Shown piece by piece: positions 16,231 to 23,506 of a DNA stretch of 64,000 nt. Every line of letters starts with the position of its first letter. Positions within the stretch are counted from its first letter, which is position 1. The notes beneath the pieces are model-generated. The model did not search any database, was not told the DNA's origin, and saw nothing but the letters and a program-made list of their open reading frames with translations. Source of the DNA: Clostridiales bacterium (lineage in GTDB: Bacteria; Bacillota; Clostridia; Oscillospirales; CAG-272); assembly GCA_024693345.1 (NCBI GenBank), contig JAILLB010000006.1:16523-80522 (forward strand). Reading direction: 5' to 3'. The position numbers and the translations under genes are program-made.

Positions 16231-17844
16231 ATGAAAGTTAATCTGATTCAGCCGTTTTACTCATCAAAGCAGGAGGATACACAGAAGTGTTTTGAACAGC
16301 TTCTCTCTCTCCTCGACAAATGTACCGAAGACATGGACCTTATAGTCCTTCCCGAGTACAGCGACATTCCGGCAGTTCAGAATGATGAAAAGTCATTCTA
16401 TGAAAACACAAAGGCCAATCACGATGCCCTTCTCTCAAAGGCGTGTGAGACGGCAAAGAGATGCAATGCAATAGTTTTCGTAAATGCCCTGTACATGTCG
16501 GAAAAAGGCGGAAGAAACACAACTTATGCCATAAACAGACAGGGTGAGATCGCAGGAAAGTATTTCAAGGCACACCCTGCTCCGTCTGAAATAAAACTCC
16601 ATCTTGATGACACATATTCAAGAACACCTTCCGAACCGTATTCAGTTACAATTGACGGTATTAAGTTCGCATTCCTTACATGCTATGATTTCTACTTCTA
16701 TGAGAATTACACTCAGATAGCAAGAATAAAGCCGGATATAGTAATAGGAAATTCACTTCAAAGAACAGATTCCCATGATGCTCTTGAGACAATGTGCAGA
16801 TTCGTGGCATACAATACAGCAGCTTATCTTGTCCGTGCATCAGTTTCACTCGGAGAGGACTCCGGGATATGCGGAACAAGCTGTGTGGTAAATCCCGACA
16901 GCACCGTATTGGTAAATATGCATTCTGAAATCGGCATGAGATGTGTTGAGATAGACCCGAAGAAGAAATATCTCAAAGTTGCCGGATTCGGAGGAAGCCT
17001 CGCTACACATCCTGAATATACCGAAGTAGGCAGAAGACCCTGGCTTTACAGGAATGCAGGTCCTTCCCTCCTTCCTTTCAACGACATGATTCCGTTCCCG
17101 AGAGTATGTGCTCACAGAGGATTCAGTGCAGTTGCACCTGAAAACTCACTCCCTGCACTCGGAGCCGCTGTGGCAATGGGTGCTTCTGAAATTGAGTTTG
17201 ACCTGTGGCCGACAAAAGATCATGTAATCGTATCAAGTCATGATATGACTCTTTCAAGAACATCTGACGGCGAAGGAAGAATTTACGAAAAGACTTATGA
17301 AGAGCTCTCAAAGCTTGATTTCGGTTCAAAATTCAATGCAGAGTTCAAGGGACTCAGAATAGTCACTTTCGAAGAGATACTCCGCAAATTCACCGGCAGG
17401 ACAATAATGAACATTCATGTAAAGTGTCTGAGTGACTATGAGCCGATGCCGGAATGGTTCCTGGAAGACATCGTTGCCCTGATAAAGAAATATGAATGTG
17501 AAAAATACTGTTATCTCATGATAACAAACAATGATATGCACGAGCGCATGCAGAAATATCATCCTGAGATTGAAGTCTGTGCAGGTGCCCAGACAAAAGA
17601 CCTGGATGCATATCACATGGTTGACAGAGCCGTAAAATACGGATGCAAGAGAGCTCAGTTCTTCAAACCTTATTACGATGAGGGTGCATTCAAGTATGCT
17701 CACGACCACGGAATACTGGTCAATGTATTCTGGTCAGACGACCTTGAAGAGGCAAAACAGCTCATAAAATGGGGTGCAGACTGTATCCTTTCAAACAGAT
17801 ATCAGACCGTTGCGGAACTGGACCTCGGAGTAAAGCTCATTTAA
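16231..17844 (+). CDS. Fusion protein: N-terminal carbon-nitrogen hydrolase (nitrilase superfamily) domain + C-terminal glycerophosphodiester phosphodiesterase (GDPD) domain
   Basis: 537 aa. N-half has an E-K-C triad context: LIVLPEYSD, GKYFKAHP, FAFLTCYDFYF. C-half has CAHRGFSAVAPENSLPALGAAVAMGASEIEFDLWPTKDHVIVSSHD. RBS AAGGAG lies 12 nt after the ABC stop. Confidence 0.75.
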   Translation: MKVNLIQPFYSSKQEDTQKCFEQLLSLLDKCTEDMDLIVLPEYSDIPAVQNDEKSFYENTKANHDALLSKACETAKRCNAIVFVNALYMSEKGGRNTTYAINRQGEIAGKYFKAHPAPSEIKLHLDDTYSRTPSEPYSVTIDGIKFAFLTCYDFYFYENYTQIARIKPDIVIGNSLQRTDSHDALETMCRFVAYNTAAYLVRASVSLGEDSGICGTSCVVNPDSTVLVNMHSEIGMRCVEIDPKKKYLKVAGFGGSLATHPEYTEVGRRPWLYRNAGPSLLPFNDMIPFPRVCAHRGFSAVAPENSLPALGAAVAMGASEIEFDLWPTKDHVIVSSHDMTLSRTSDGEGRIYEKTYEELSKLDFGSKFNAEFKGLRIVTFEEILRKFTGRTIMNIHVKCLSDYEPMPEWFLEDIVALIKKYECEKYCYLMITNNDMHERMQKYHPEIEVCAGAQTKDLDAYHMVDRAVKYGCKRAQFFKPYYDEGAFKYAHDHGILVNVFWSDDLEEAKQLIKWGADCILSNRYQTVAELDLGVKLI

Positions 17845-17861
17845 TTTAAGAAAAATAAAGA

Positions 17862-17900
17862 ATGGCAGTTAAGAAAATAATCTTAACTGCCATGTTTTTT
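17862..17900. terminator. Bidirectional rho-independent terminator
   Basis: 13-bp stem ATGGCAGTTAAGA/TCTTAACTGCCAT then GTTTTTT. A-rich run upstream. Sits between convergent genes. Confidence 0.85.
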
Positions 17901-19209
17901 ACCATTTGTGATTTCCTTCGGAATAGTCATGACCGCCGCAAATCTGCGGGTAATAACTTCTGTATTTGTGTCTCGGCGGAGCATCAAATTCCATCTTCAG
18001 AACCGTGACTCCGCAAATCTTGTCAGGAGGAGTGTCAGGAAGGCCTGAAAGAATAATCCTGTGTCCGTCAACCTTGAAATCAATGGGCTCTCCGGTTGCA
18101 AGATAGGATATCTTCTTAGGGGCATCCATGAATCCGCCGAAACGCATTGTTCCGTTCTTTGGCCATACCCAGTTCCAGAGATAGAATGTCTTAAGGTCTT
18201 CATCAGCTGATACGCCTGAAAGCGATGTTGCACTGTACACGGAAGCCGTAGGATATTTCTTTCCGTATGCTGCCTGTCCGTATACCTTCAGCCAGTTACC
18301 TACTCTTTCGAGTGTTTCATCTGTATATTTGTCAACGCTTCCGTCCGGTGTGGGCGAAATATTCAGAAGAAGGTTTCCGCCCTTACATGTACAGAGGTGA
18401 AGTTTTCTGAGAATCTCCTTATATGACATCATGAAATCCTTGGCCTGATCGGGATCTACATATCCCCATGAAAGGCTGGTGAGCGTCAGACAAGACTCAA
18501 AGAATCTGTCGTCATCCCTGTTTATATGTTCCTCGGGTGTGCCGAAGTCTTCGGGAAGCATGCTCCTGTTGTTGATTATGATGTCAGGCTGCAGCTGGCG
18601 AAGTCTGTAGTTCCTGTTTATGGAATCCCATCCTTCTGCGCAGTTTATAGGGCATGAAACGTCATACCAGAGTATGTCAATCTTTCCGTAATTCGTGAGG
18701 AGTTCCGTGTTCAGGTCCTCTATGTATTTGTCAAATCTTGCCCTTGCTTCAGGATCATTTGCGCATCTCCATGAATCCGGATGATGCCAGTCCATAAGAG
18801 ATGAATAGAGTCCTATTCTAAGATCATATTTTCTGCATGCATCAACGAATTCGCGGACTATATCCCTTCCACAGTAATTCATTGAGTTGTACGGATTTAC
18901 TTTTGAATCCCAGAGTGAGAAACCTTCATGGTGGCGTGTTGTGAGAACGACATATTTTGCTCCCATTTTCTTCGCGGTTCTGCACCATTCGTCGCAGAGT
19001 CCTTCCTTAGGGGCAAATGTCTTGGCCAGCTGTTCATATTCCTTGACGGTGTAATTCTCGTTTGCCTGTGACCACTCACCTGTTCCAAGCTGTGAATAAA
19101 GACCGTAATGAATGAACATTCCGAGTCTCGCTTCCTTGAACCACTCCATTCTCTTTTCATGTGTGGATGCGACAAATGCTTCATATTCCCGTCTGCTGAT
19201 ATATTCCAT
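17899..19209 (-). CDS. Alpha-L-fucosidase (GH29)
   Basis: EWFKEARLGMFIHYGLYS and VVLTTRHHEGFSLWDS are GH29 hallmarks. Start trimmed to ATG 19209 (MEYISRREYE) behind AAGGTGAAG. Confidence 0.85.
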   Translation of the reverse strand: MEYISRREYEAFVASTHEKRMEWFKEARLGMFIHYGLYSQLGTGEWSQANENYTVKEYEQLAKTFAPKEGLCDEWCRTAKKMGAKYVVLTTRHHEGFSLWDSKVNPYNSMNYCGRDIVREFVDACRKYDLRIGLYSSLMDWHHPDSWRCANDPEARARFDKYIEDLNTELLTNYGKIDILWYDVSCPINCAEGWDSINRNYRLRQLQPDIIINNRSMLPEDFGTPEEHINRDDDRFFESCLTLTSLSWGYVDPDQAKDFMMSYKEILRKLHLCTCKGGNLLLNISPTPDGSVDKYTDETLERVGNWLKVYGQAAYGKKYPTASVYSATSLSGVSADEDLKTFYLWNWVWPKNGTMRFGGFMDAPKKISYLATGEPIDFKVDGHRIILSGLPDTPPDKICGVTVLKMEFDAPPRHKYRSYYPQICGGHDYSEGNHKW

Positions 19210-19228
19210 TTTCTTCACCTTCTGTAAT

Positions 19229-19849
19229 TTAAAACAACTCATTTTCCGCATAGAGACAGATTGCATGATATACAGGCAATGTCAGTTCCTGTACTTTGTA
19301 TGTTTCTGTTTCATCTATAGATATGTTGCAGTCTGAGTGTTTCTGTATTTTTCCACCGCTTTTGCCTGTGATTGAGATAACTTTACAACCAAGCGCCTGA
19401 GCGGTCATTGCCGCGTAGAGTGTGTTCTTTGAGTTGCCCGATGTCGTAAGCGCAATAAGCACATCAGTGTCTTTTGCATAACCATAGACCTGCTGTGCAT
19501 AGACGTAGTCAGGATCCATATCATTTGCAAATGCGCTTATAAGTGCACTCTGGGAAACCAGAGATATAGCCTCAAGCGTACCCTGCAGGTTATCTGCAAG
19601 TGCCTTAGTCTCTTCGTCATTCATTACCTTATCGGCAAATTCTTTTTTAAGCGGTCTTTTTTTGCAGAAACTCTTCATGAGTTCTCCGACGATATGCTCT
19701 GAATCGGCAGCGCTCCCTCCGTTTCCGCATGTGAGCACTTTTCCGCCGTTTTTATATGCAGTTACAATTATTTCACAGGCACTGGCAATTGCTTCCCTGG
19801 AAGATTCAAGAGCCGGGTATCTGCAAATGAGTTCATCTATGATTGTCAT
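19229..19849 (-). CDS. SIS-domain sugar-phosphate isomerase (GmhA/phosphoheptose isomerase-like)
   Basis: LTCGNGGSAADSEHIVGELMKSF and LTTSGNSKNTLYAA. Start trimmed to ATG 19849 behind GAAGGGGA, overlapping the ROK gene end by 17 nt. Confidence 0.75.
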   Translation of the reverse strand: MTIIDELICRYPALESSREAIASACEIIVTAYKNGGKVLTCGNGGSAADSEHIVGELMKSFCKKRPLKKEFADKVMNDEETKALADNLQGTLEAISLVSQSALISAFANDMDPDYVYAQQVYGYAKDTDVLIALTTSGNSKNTLYAAMTAQALGCKVISITGKSGGKIQKHSDCNISIDETETYKVQELTLPVYHAICLYAENELF

Positions 19850-20810
19850 ATTTTTCCCCTTCGATTGCAATTGATACAGCTGCATAGTCGCCGATCAGGT
19901 CGCCGAGTTCAGCTTTCTTTATTTTACATATTTTTCTTGTATATTCAAGTGCTTCTTCACTTATTGCCTTTTCCATCTCTGCCCTGAGAAGATCTTCGCT
20001 TCTTTCAAATATGCTTCCGATAACCACGGTGTCAGGATTAATTATGTCCAAAAGTATCGAAACAGACCTTCCGAGATTTCTACCGCACTCCCTGTATATA
20101 TCGAGTGCGAGTTCGTCTCCTCTTCTGGCAGCTTCGGCTACTGTCTTGGCATTCAGGCTGTCAGCCTCGGCAACGCTATTACAAAAAGAGACACTTTTTC
20201 CTTCCCTGATGGCGTGTTTTACCTTTTCGGAGGAAATCCTCGCAAGACCGCCTCCGGAACAGAATCCCTCGCATGAGCCTTCTTTGCCATACCCTACAGG
20301 TCCGCTTTCTTCAAGTCTGACATGGCCTATTTCACCTGCATATCCGTTTGTGCCCCTGTACAGTCTTCCGTCCAGTATAAGGCCCGCACCGAATCCGGTT
20401 CCGAATGTCAGGAAAATCATATTCCTTGATTCTCTTCCGGCACCGAATCTGTATTCGGCAAGTGCGCATGCGTTGGCATCGTTTTCCAGGTACGCACCTG
20501 TTCCGAACCTGTCTTCAAGCATATCCTTGATTCTGACTTCATCCCATCCGGGAAGATTCGGAGGAGACAATATAATTCCTTTTTCAGCATCAAGCGGGCT
20601 TCCGCAGCTTACTCCTATGGAAGAAATCTTTTCTTTCCTGCTGAAACATTCGACAGCATCAAGTATCCGTTCTATCGTTGCGGGATAATCTTCAGTAGGA
20701 AAAAGTTTCTTGTCCCGAAAAGAAATCTGAGCTCCGTCAGAACACGCTGATGTGACGGCACATTTAGTCCCGCCTATGTCTATCCCGATATAGTATTTAA
20801 AGTCTGTCAT
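19833..20810 (-). CDS. ROK family sugar kinase (no HTH domain)
   Basis: YIGIDIGGTKCAV, ENDANACALAE and a Cys-rich zinc motif region. Start trimmed to ATG 20810 (MTDFKYY) behind AGGAG. Confidence 0.8.
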   Translation of the reverse strand: MTDFKYYIGIDIGGTKCAVTSACSDGAQISFRDKKLFPTEDYPATIERILDAVECFSRKEKISSIGVSCGSPLDAEKGIILSPPNLPGWDEVRIKDMLEDRFGTGAYLENDANACALAEYRFGAGRESRNMIFLTFGTGFGAGLILDGRLYRGTNGYAGEIGHVRLEESGPVGYGKEGSCEGFCSGGGLARISSEKVKHAIREGKSVSFCNSVAEADSLNAKTVAEAARRGDELALDIYRECGRNLGRSVSILLDIINPDTVVIGSIFERSEDLLRAEMEKAISEEALEYTRKICKIKKAELGDLIGDYAAVSIAIEGEKYDNHR

Positions 20811-20821
20811 AAAACTCCTGT

Positions 20822-20853
20822 AACACAAAAAGCCTTCCGGAAAACCGGAAGGC
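20822..20853 (-). terminator. Rho-independent terminator after yegP-like gene
   Basis: GCCTTCCGG-aaaa-CCGGAAGGC; on the minus strand it is followed by TTTTTGTGTT. The U-tract ends about 8 nt before the ROK RBS. Confidence 0.8.
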
Positions 20854-20859
20854 AAGGTA

Positions 20860-21225
20860 TTATTCTTTTACAACCTCTGCTTCAGGTGCATTTTTCTTTA
20901 CGCTCTCAACTCCGTTAAGGCAATTAGCTTTTGTTGTATAGCCTTCGGAAACTGCAACGATTTCGCCGTTTCTTGCTTTAAGACGGAAACGGAATTCACC
21001 TGCTTTATCTGTGTATACTTCAAATTTCGGATTCTTGAGTTCTTCAAAACCTTCAACCGTCTGATCTTCTACTTCTGCAACGCTGTTTGTTTTTACACTC
21101 TCTATGCCGTTTTCGCAAGCAGATACTGTTGAATAAACCTGTGAGCTGGCAATGACTTCACCATTGCTTGCCTTCAAGTCAAACTTGAATCCATCTTTTG
21201 CTTCTTTGACTACGAATTTTCCCAT
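20860..21225 (-). CDS. YegP family protein (tandem DUF1508)
   Basis: 121 aa with two repeats: KFDLKASNGEVIASSQVYSTVSACENGIESVK and RFRLKARNGEIVAVSEGYTTKANCLNGVESVK. Confidence 0.8.
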   Translation of the reverse strand: MGKFVVKEAKDGFKFDLKASNGEVIASSQVYSTVSACENGIESVKTNSVAEVEDQTVEGFEELKNPKFEVYTDKAGEFRFRLKARNGEIVAVSEGYTTKANCLNGVESVKKNAPEAEVVKE

Positions 21226-21284
21226 AATAAATGCTCCTGTTCCTTTTTTCTTTTAACCGAAAATATCAACGGTTACAAATATAT

Positions 21285-21312
21285 ATTATATTTAAAACTG
21301 AAAAAAAATCAA
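21285..21312 (-). promoter_or_regulatory. Sigma-70-type promoter for yegP-like gene
   Basis: Minus strand TTGATT (21312-21307), 16 nt spacer, TATAAT (21290-21285). Confidence 0.5.
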
Positions 21313-21341
21313 TAGTAGCAGGAAAAACAATAATAATTTTC

Positions 21342-21655
21342 TCAGTGACCGCCGCAATGGTGTTCACCGCAATGATCGTGACCGCAGTCTCCGTCATGGT
21401 GTTCATGATGATCACAATGTGCATCGGGATCATACTCAAGAGTGCCTTCGGCAAATGCCTTTACTGCATCATCAGCTGAGCCGCTTACACCTCCGAAAAG
21501 TTTAATTCCGCAGTCAGAAAGAGCAATCTGCGCACCCATTCCTATGCCTCCGCATATTAGCACGTCAACATCAGCTGCTTTCAGGAACCCCGCAAGTGCT
21601 CCGTGTCCGCTTCCGTTTGTGCCGACCACCAGTTCGTCGATCTGATTGAACGGAA
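21342..21655 (-). pseudogene. 5'-truncated NifB/NifX-family (FeMo-cofactor-binding-like) gene with His/Cys-rich tail
   Basis: Retains VVGTNGSGHGALAGFLKAADVDVLICGGIGMGAQIALSDCGIKLFGGVSG...DPDAHCDHHEHHDGDCGHDHCGEHHCGGH. It lacks the about 35-aa N-terminal beta-alpha unit expected for this family, and also lacks an ATG and RBS (the track uses an internal GTG). Confidence 0.6.
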
Positions 21656-21656
21656 C

Positions 21657-22121
21657 AGCGGCATTGATTCGTTGAATCGGAGAAAAGCGGCGGAAGCGGA
21701 AATCGAACGGCTTTTGAAGAGGAACGAAGAAATCGACCGTTTGTTTACGTCAGTATACGAGGACAAAATCAAGGGAACTGTTTTCGATGAGCGTTTTGTT
21801 AAGATGACGCAGGGGTACGAAAAAGAACAGGCGGAAAACAAAGTGAAAATAACGGTTTTGACGGAGCAAATAAAAAGCGACGTCAAGCAAGTTGACACCG
21901 CAAAGGTTTTCCTTGAAATTGTTGATCGTACCGTCGATCCGGAAAAGTTGACCGAAGACATTGTCCGCAGCTTCATTGATAAGATCGTCGTTCATCATCG
22001 ACAGGTGATAGACGGCGTCAACGTGCAGAAGGTCGAGATATTCTACAATGTCATCGGAAAATTCGAACCGCCGCCGATTTTTGATTCCGAGGAAAACCAA
22101 GCAAACGACGAAACGGCATAA
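21657..22121 (+). pseudogene. C-terminal remnant of a large serine recombinase (DUF4368-type tail)
   Basis: AEIERLLKRNEEIDRLFTSVYEDKIKGTVFDERFVKMTQGYEKEQAENKVKITVLTEQIK...LTEDIVRSFIDKIVVHHRQ...VQKVEIFYNVIG matches the C-terminal domain of clostridial large serine recombinases. No resolvase, recombinase or zinc-ribbon domains, no RBS. Visibly CpG-richer than its flanks. Confidence 0.7.
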
Positions 22122-22163
22122 AAATGACGGTTGAAATAGGATTTAGTCCTATTTCAACCGTCA
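22118..22163 (-). terminator. Rho-independent terminator of tRNA-Leu/tRNA-fMet operon
   Basis: Perfect 17-bp stem TGACGGTTGAAATAGGA/TCCTATTTCAACCGTCA (22125-22163); on the minus strand it is followed by TTTTTAT. Confidence 0.85.
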
Positions 22164-22166
22164 GCA

Positions 22167-22243
<77 letters not shown>

Positions 22244-22251
22244 ATATATTT

Positions 22252-22340
22252 TGGTGCCGGAAACCGGGATCGAACCGGTACGGGTTTTAAAGCCCACGGG
22301 ATTTTAAGTCCCGGGCGTCTGCCAGTTCCGCCATTCCGGC
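22252..22340 (-). tRNA. tRNA-Leu (anticodon UAA)
   Basis: Reverse complement GCCGGAATGGCGGAACTGGCAGACGCCCGGGACTTAAAATCCCGTGGGC...GGTTCGATCCCGGTTTCCGGCACCA. Long variable arm, CTTAAAA anticodon loop. Confidence 0.95.
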
Positions 22341-22357
22341 AGATTTTGTGCCTATCT

Positions 22358-22386
22358 ATATTATCACACAAAGAAAGCTTTGTCAA
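22358..22386 (-). promoter_or_regulatory. Sigma-70-type promoter for tRNA-Leu/tRNA-fMet operon
   Basis: Minus strand TTGACA (22386-22381), 17 nt spacer, TGaTAATAT extended -10 (hexamer 22363-22358). About 17 nt upstream of the tRNA-Leu 5' end. Confidence 0.7.
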
Positions 22387-22549
22387 CACAATTGTTTTTG
22401 CCCTGAAACGAGTCGAAATCATACAAAAGTGCAAAAAGTCGAAAAAAACAACAATATTGATAGACAATCAGCCTCCTTTATACATTGATTTAGTTTTCAA
22501 TGATTGTTATACTACATGTGTTGATTTTTATTTTAAAGGAGATTATAAT

Positions 22550-23497
22550 TTGCATTACCTTTTCGTTATAAATCCGATTTCAGGCGGAACCAAGAACAAA
22601 GACGACCTCGTAAAGAAAATTGAAGAGACCTGCTCAGGAATGAATCTTGATTACGAAGTGTACCTGACAAAAGAACACAAGGATGCAACAAGGTTTGTAA
22701 AGGAATATTGCGAAAATAACATAGATAAGGAAACCAGAATCTTTGCATGCGGAGGAGACGGAACTTTCAATGAAGTTGTCACCGGATGCATCGGCTATGA
22801 AAATATTCAGGTATCCCCCTTCCCTGCAGGCTCGGGAAATGATTTCATAAAAATGTTTACCAACAACGAAAATTTCAGCTTCATAGAAAAGCAGGTAAAC
22901 GGAACAGTAAGGAAAATCGATGTCTTGAAAATGGGGGAAATATACGCAGTCAACGAATTCAACATTGGATTTGATGCATCAGTTGCATACAAAATGAATT
23001 CAATGAGAGACTCTATTCTTCCGACAAAATTCGGATATATCGCTGGAATAGTATCAGCAATGTTCAAGGCATTTGGTCATGACTACAAAGTAACAATCGA
23101 TGACGGCGAACCTTTTGAATCAAACCTTTTGCTGTGTGCAATGGGCAACGGAGGCTTCTACGGAGGCGGATTCAGAGCTCTTCCGTTGAGCAGTATTGAC
23201 GACGGAATGATGGATGTGTGTGCAGTCGACAAAATATCCCGATTAAACTTTATAAAAATCGTCGGAAAATACAAAGCAGGCGAACATTTGTCAGTTGACC
23301 CGCCATACGAATTCATACACTATTACAAGTGCAAAAAAATAACACTTGAACCCGGTGAAGTTGTCAAAGTATGTCTCGACGGAGAATTTGTTCAGACCGA
23401 CAAAATAACAGTAGAAATCGTTCCTTCAGCAATCAACCTGGTAGTGCCTGAAGGATGCGAACCAATTGAACCAAAAACAGTTAATCTTAAACAGTAA
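22550..23497 (+). CDS. Diacylglycerol kinase-family lipid kinase (YegS/BmrU/DagK-like)
   Basis: FACGGDGTFNEV motif. Track ORF (from 22346) trimmed to TTG 22550, 7 nt after AAAGGAGA, because the upstream part overlaps the tRNA promoter. Confidence 0.75.
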   Translation: MHYLFVINPISGGTKNKDDLVKKIEETCSGMNLDYEVYLTKEHKDATRFVKEYCENNIDKETRIFACGGDGTFNEVVTGCIGYENIQVSPFPAGSGNDFIKMFTNNENFSFIEKQVNGTVRKIDVLKMGEIYAVNEFNIGFDASVAYKMNSMRDSILPTKFGYIAGIVSAMFKAFGHDYKVTIDDGEPFESNLLLCAMGNGGFYGGGFRALPLSSIDDGMMDVCAVDKISRLNFIKIVGKYKAGEHLSVDPPYEFIHYYKCKKITLEPGEVVKVCLDGEFVQTDKITVEIVPSAINLVVPEGCEPIEPKTVNLKQ

Positions 23498-23506
23498 GGA
23501 ATTATT

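Noticed and set aside
20011-20688. 225-aa plus-strand ORF antisense to the ROK kinase gene
   Set aside because: Pro/Ser/Leu-rich shadow frame with no start context. The ROK gene on the opposite strand has diagnostic motifs.
21345-21425. Apparent DNA-level repetitiveness (CAC/CAT/GTG-rich) near 21345-21425
   Set aside because: It is explained by the His/Cys-rich metal-binding tail of the NifX-family protein on the minus strand. It is not a non-coding repeat.
21581-22100. Minus-strand ORFs (131 aa and 116 aa) antisense to the recombinase remnant
   Set aside because: Only the plus-strand frame gives recognisable serine-recombinase C-terminal sequence. The antisense frames have no motifs.
22346-22549. 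N-terminal 68-aa extension of the lipid-kinase ORF in the track
   Set aside because: The extension overlaps the tRNA operon promoter and AT-rich intergenic DNA. A TTG start with AAAGGAGA at 22550 gives a normal-length DagK-family protein.
23498-23506. Looked for a T-box leader upstream of valS
   Set aside because: Only 9 nt separate valS from the preceding lipid-kinase gene. The 150 nt upstream of that gene show no specifier-loop or T-box sequence that I could recognise.
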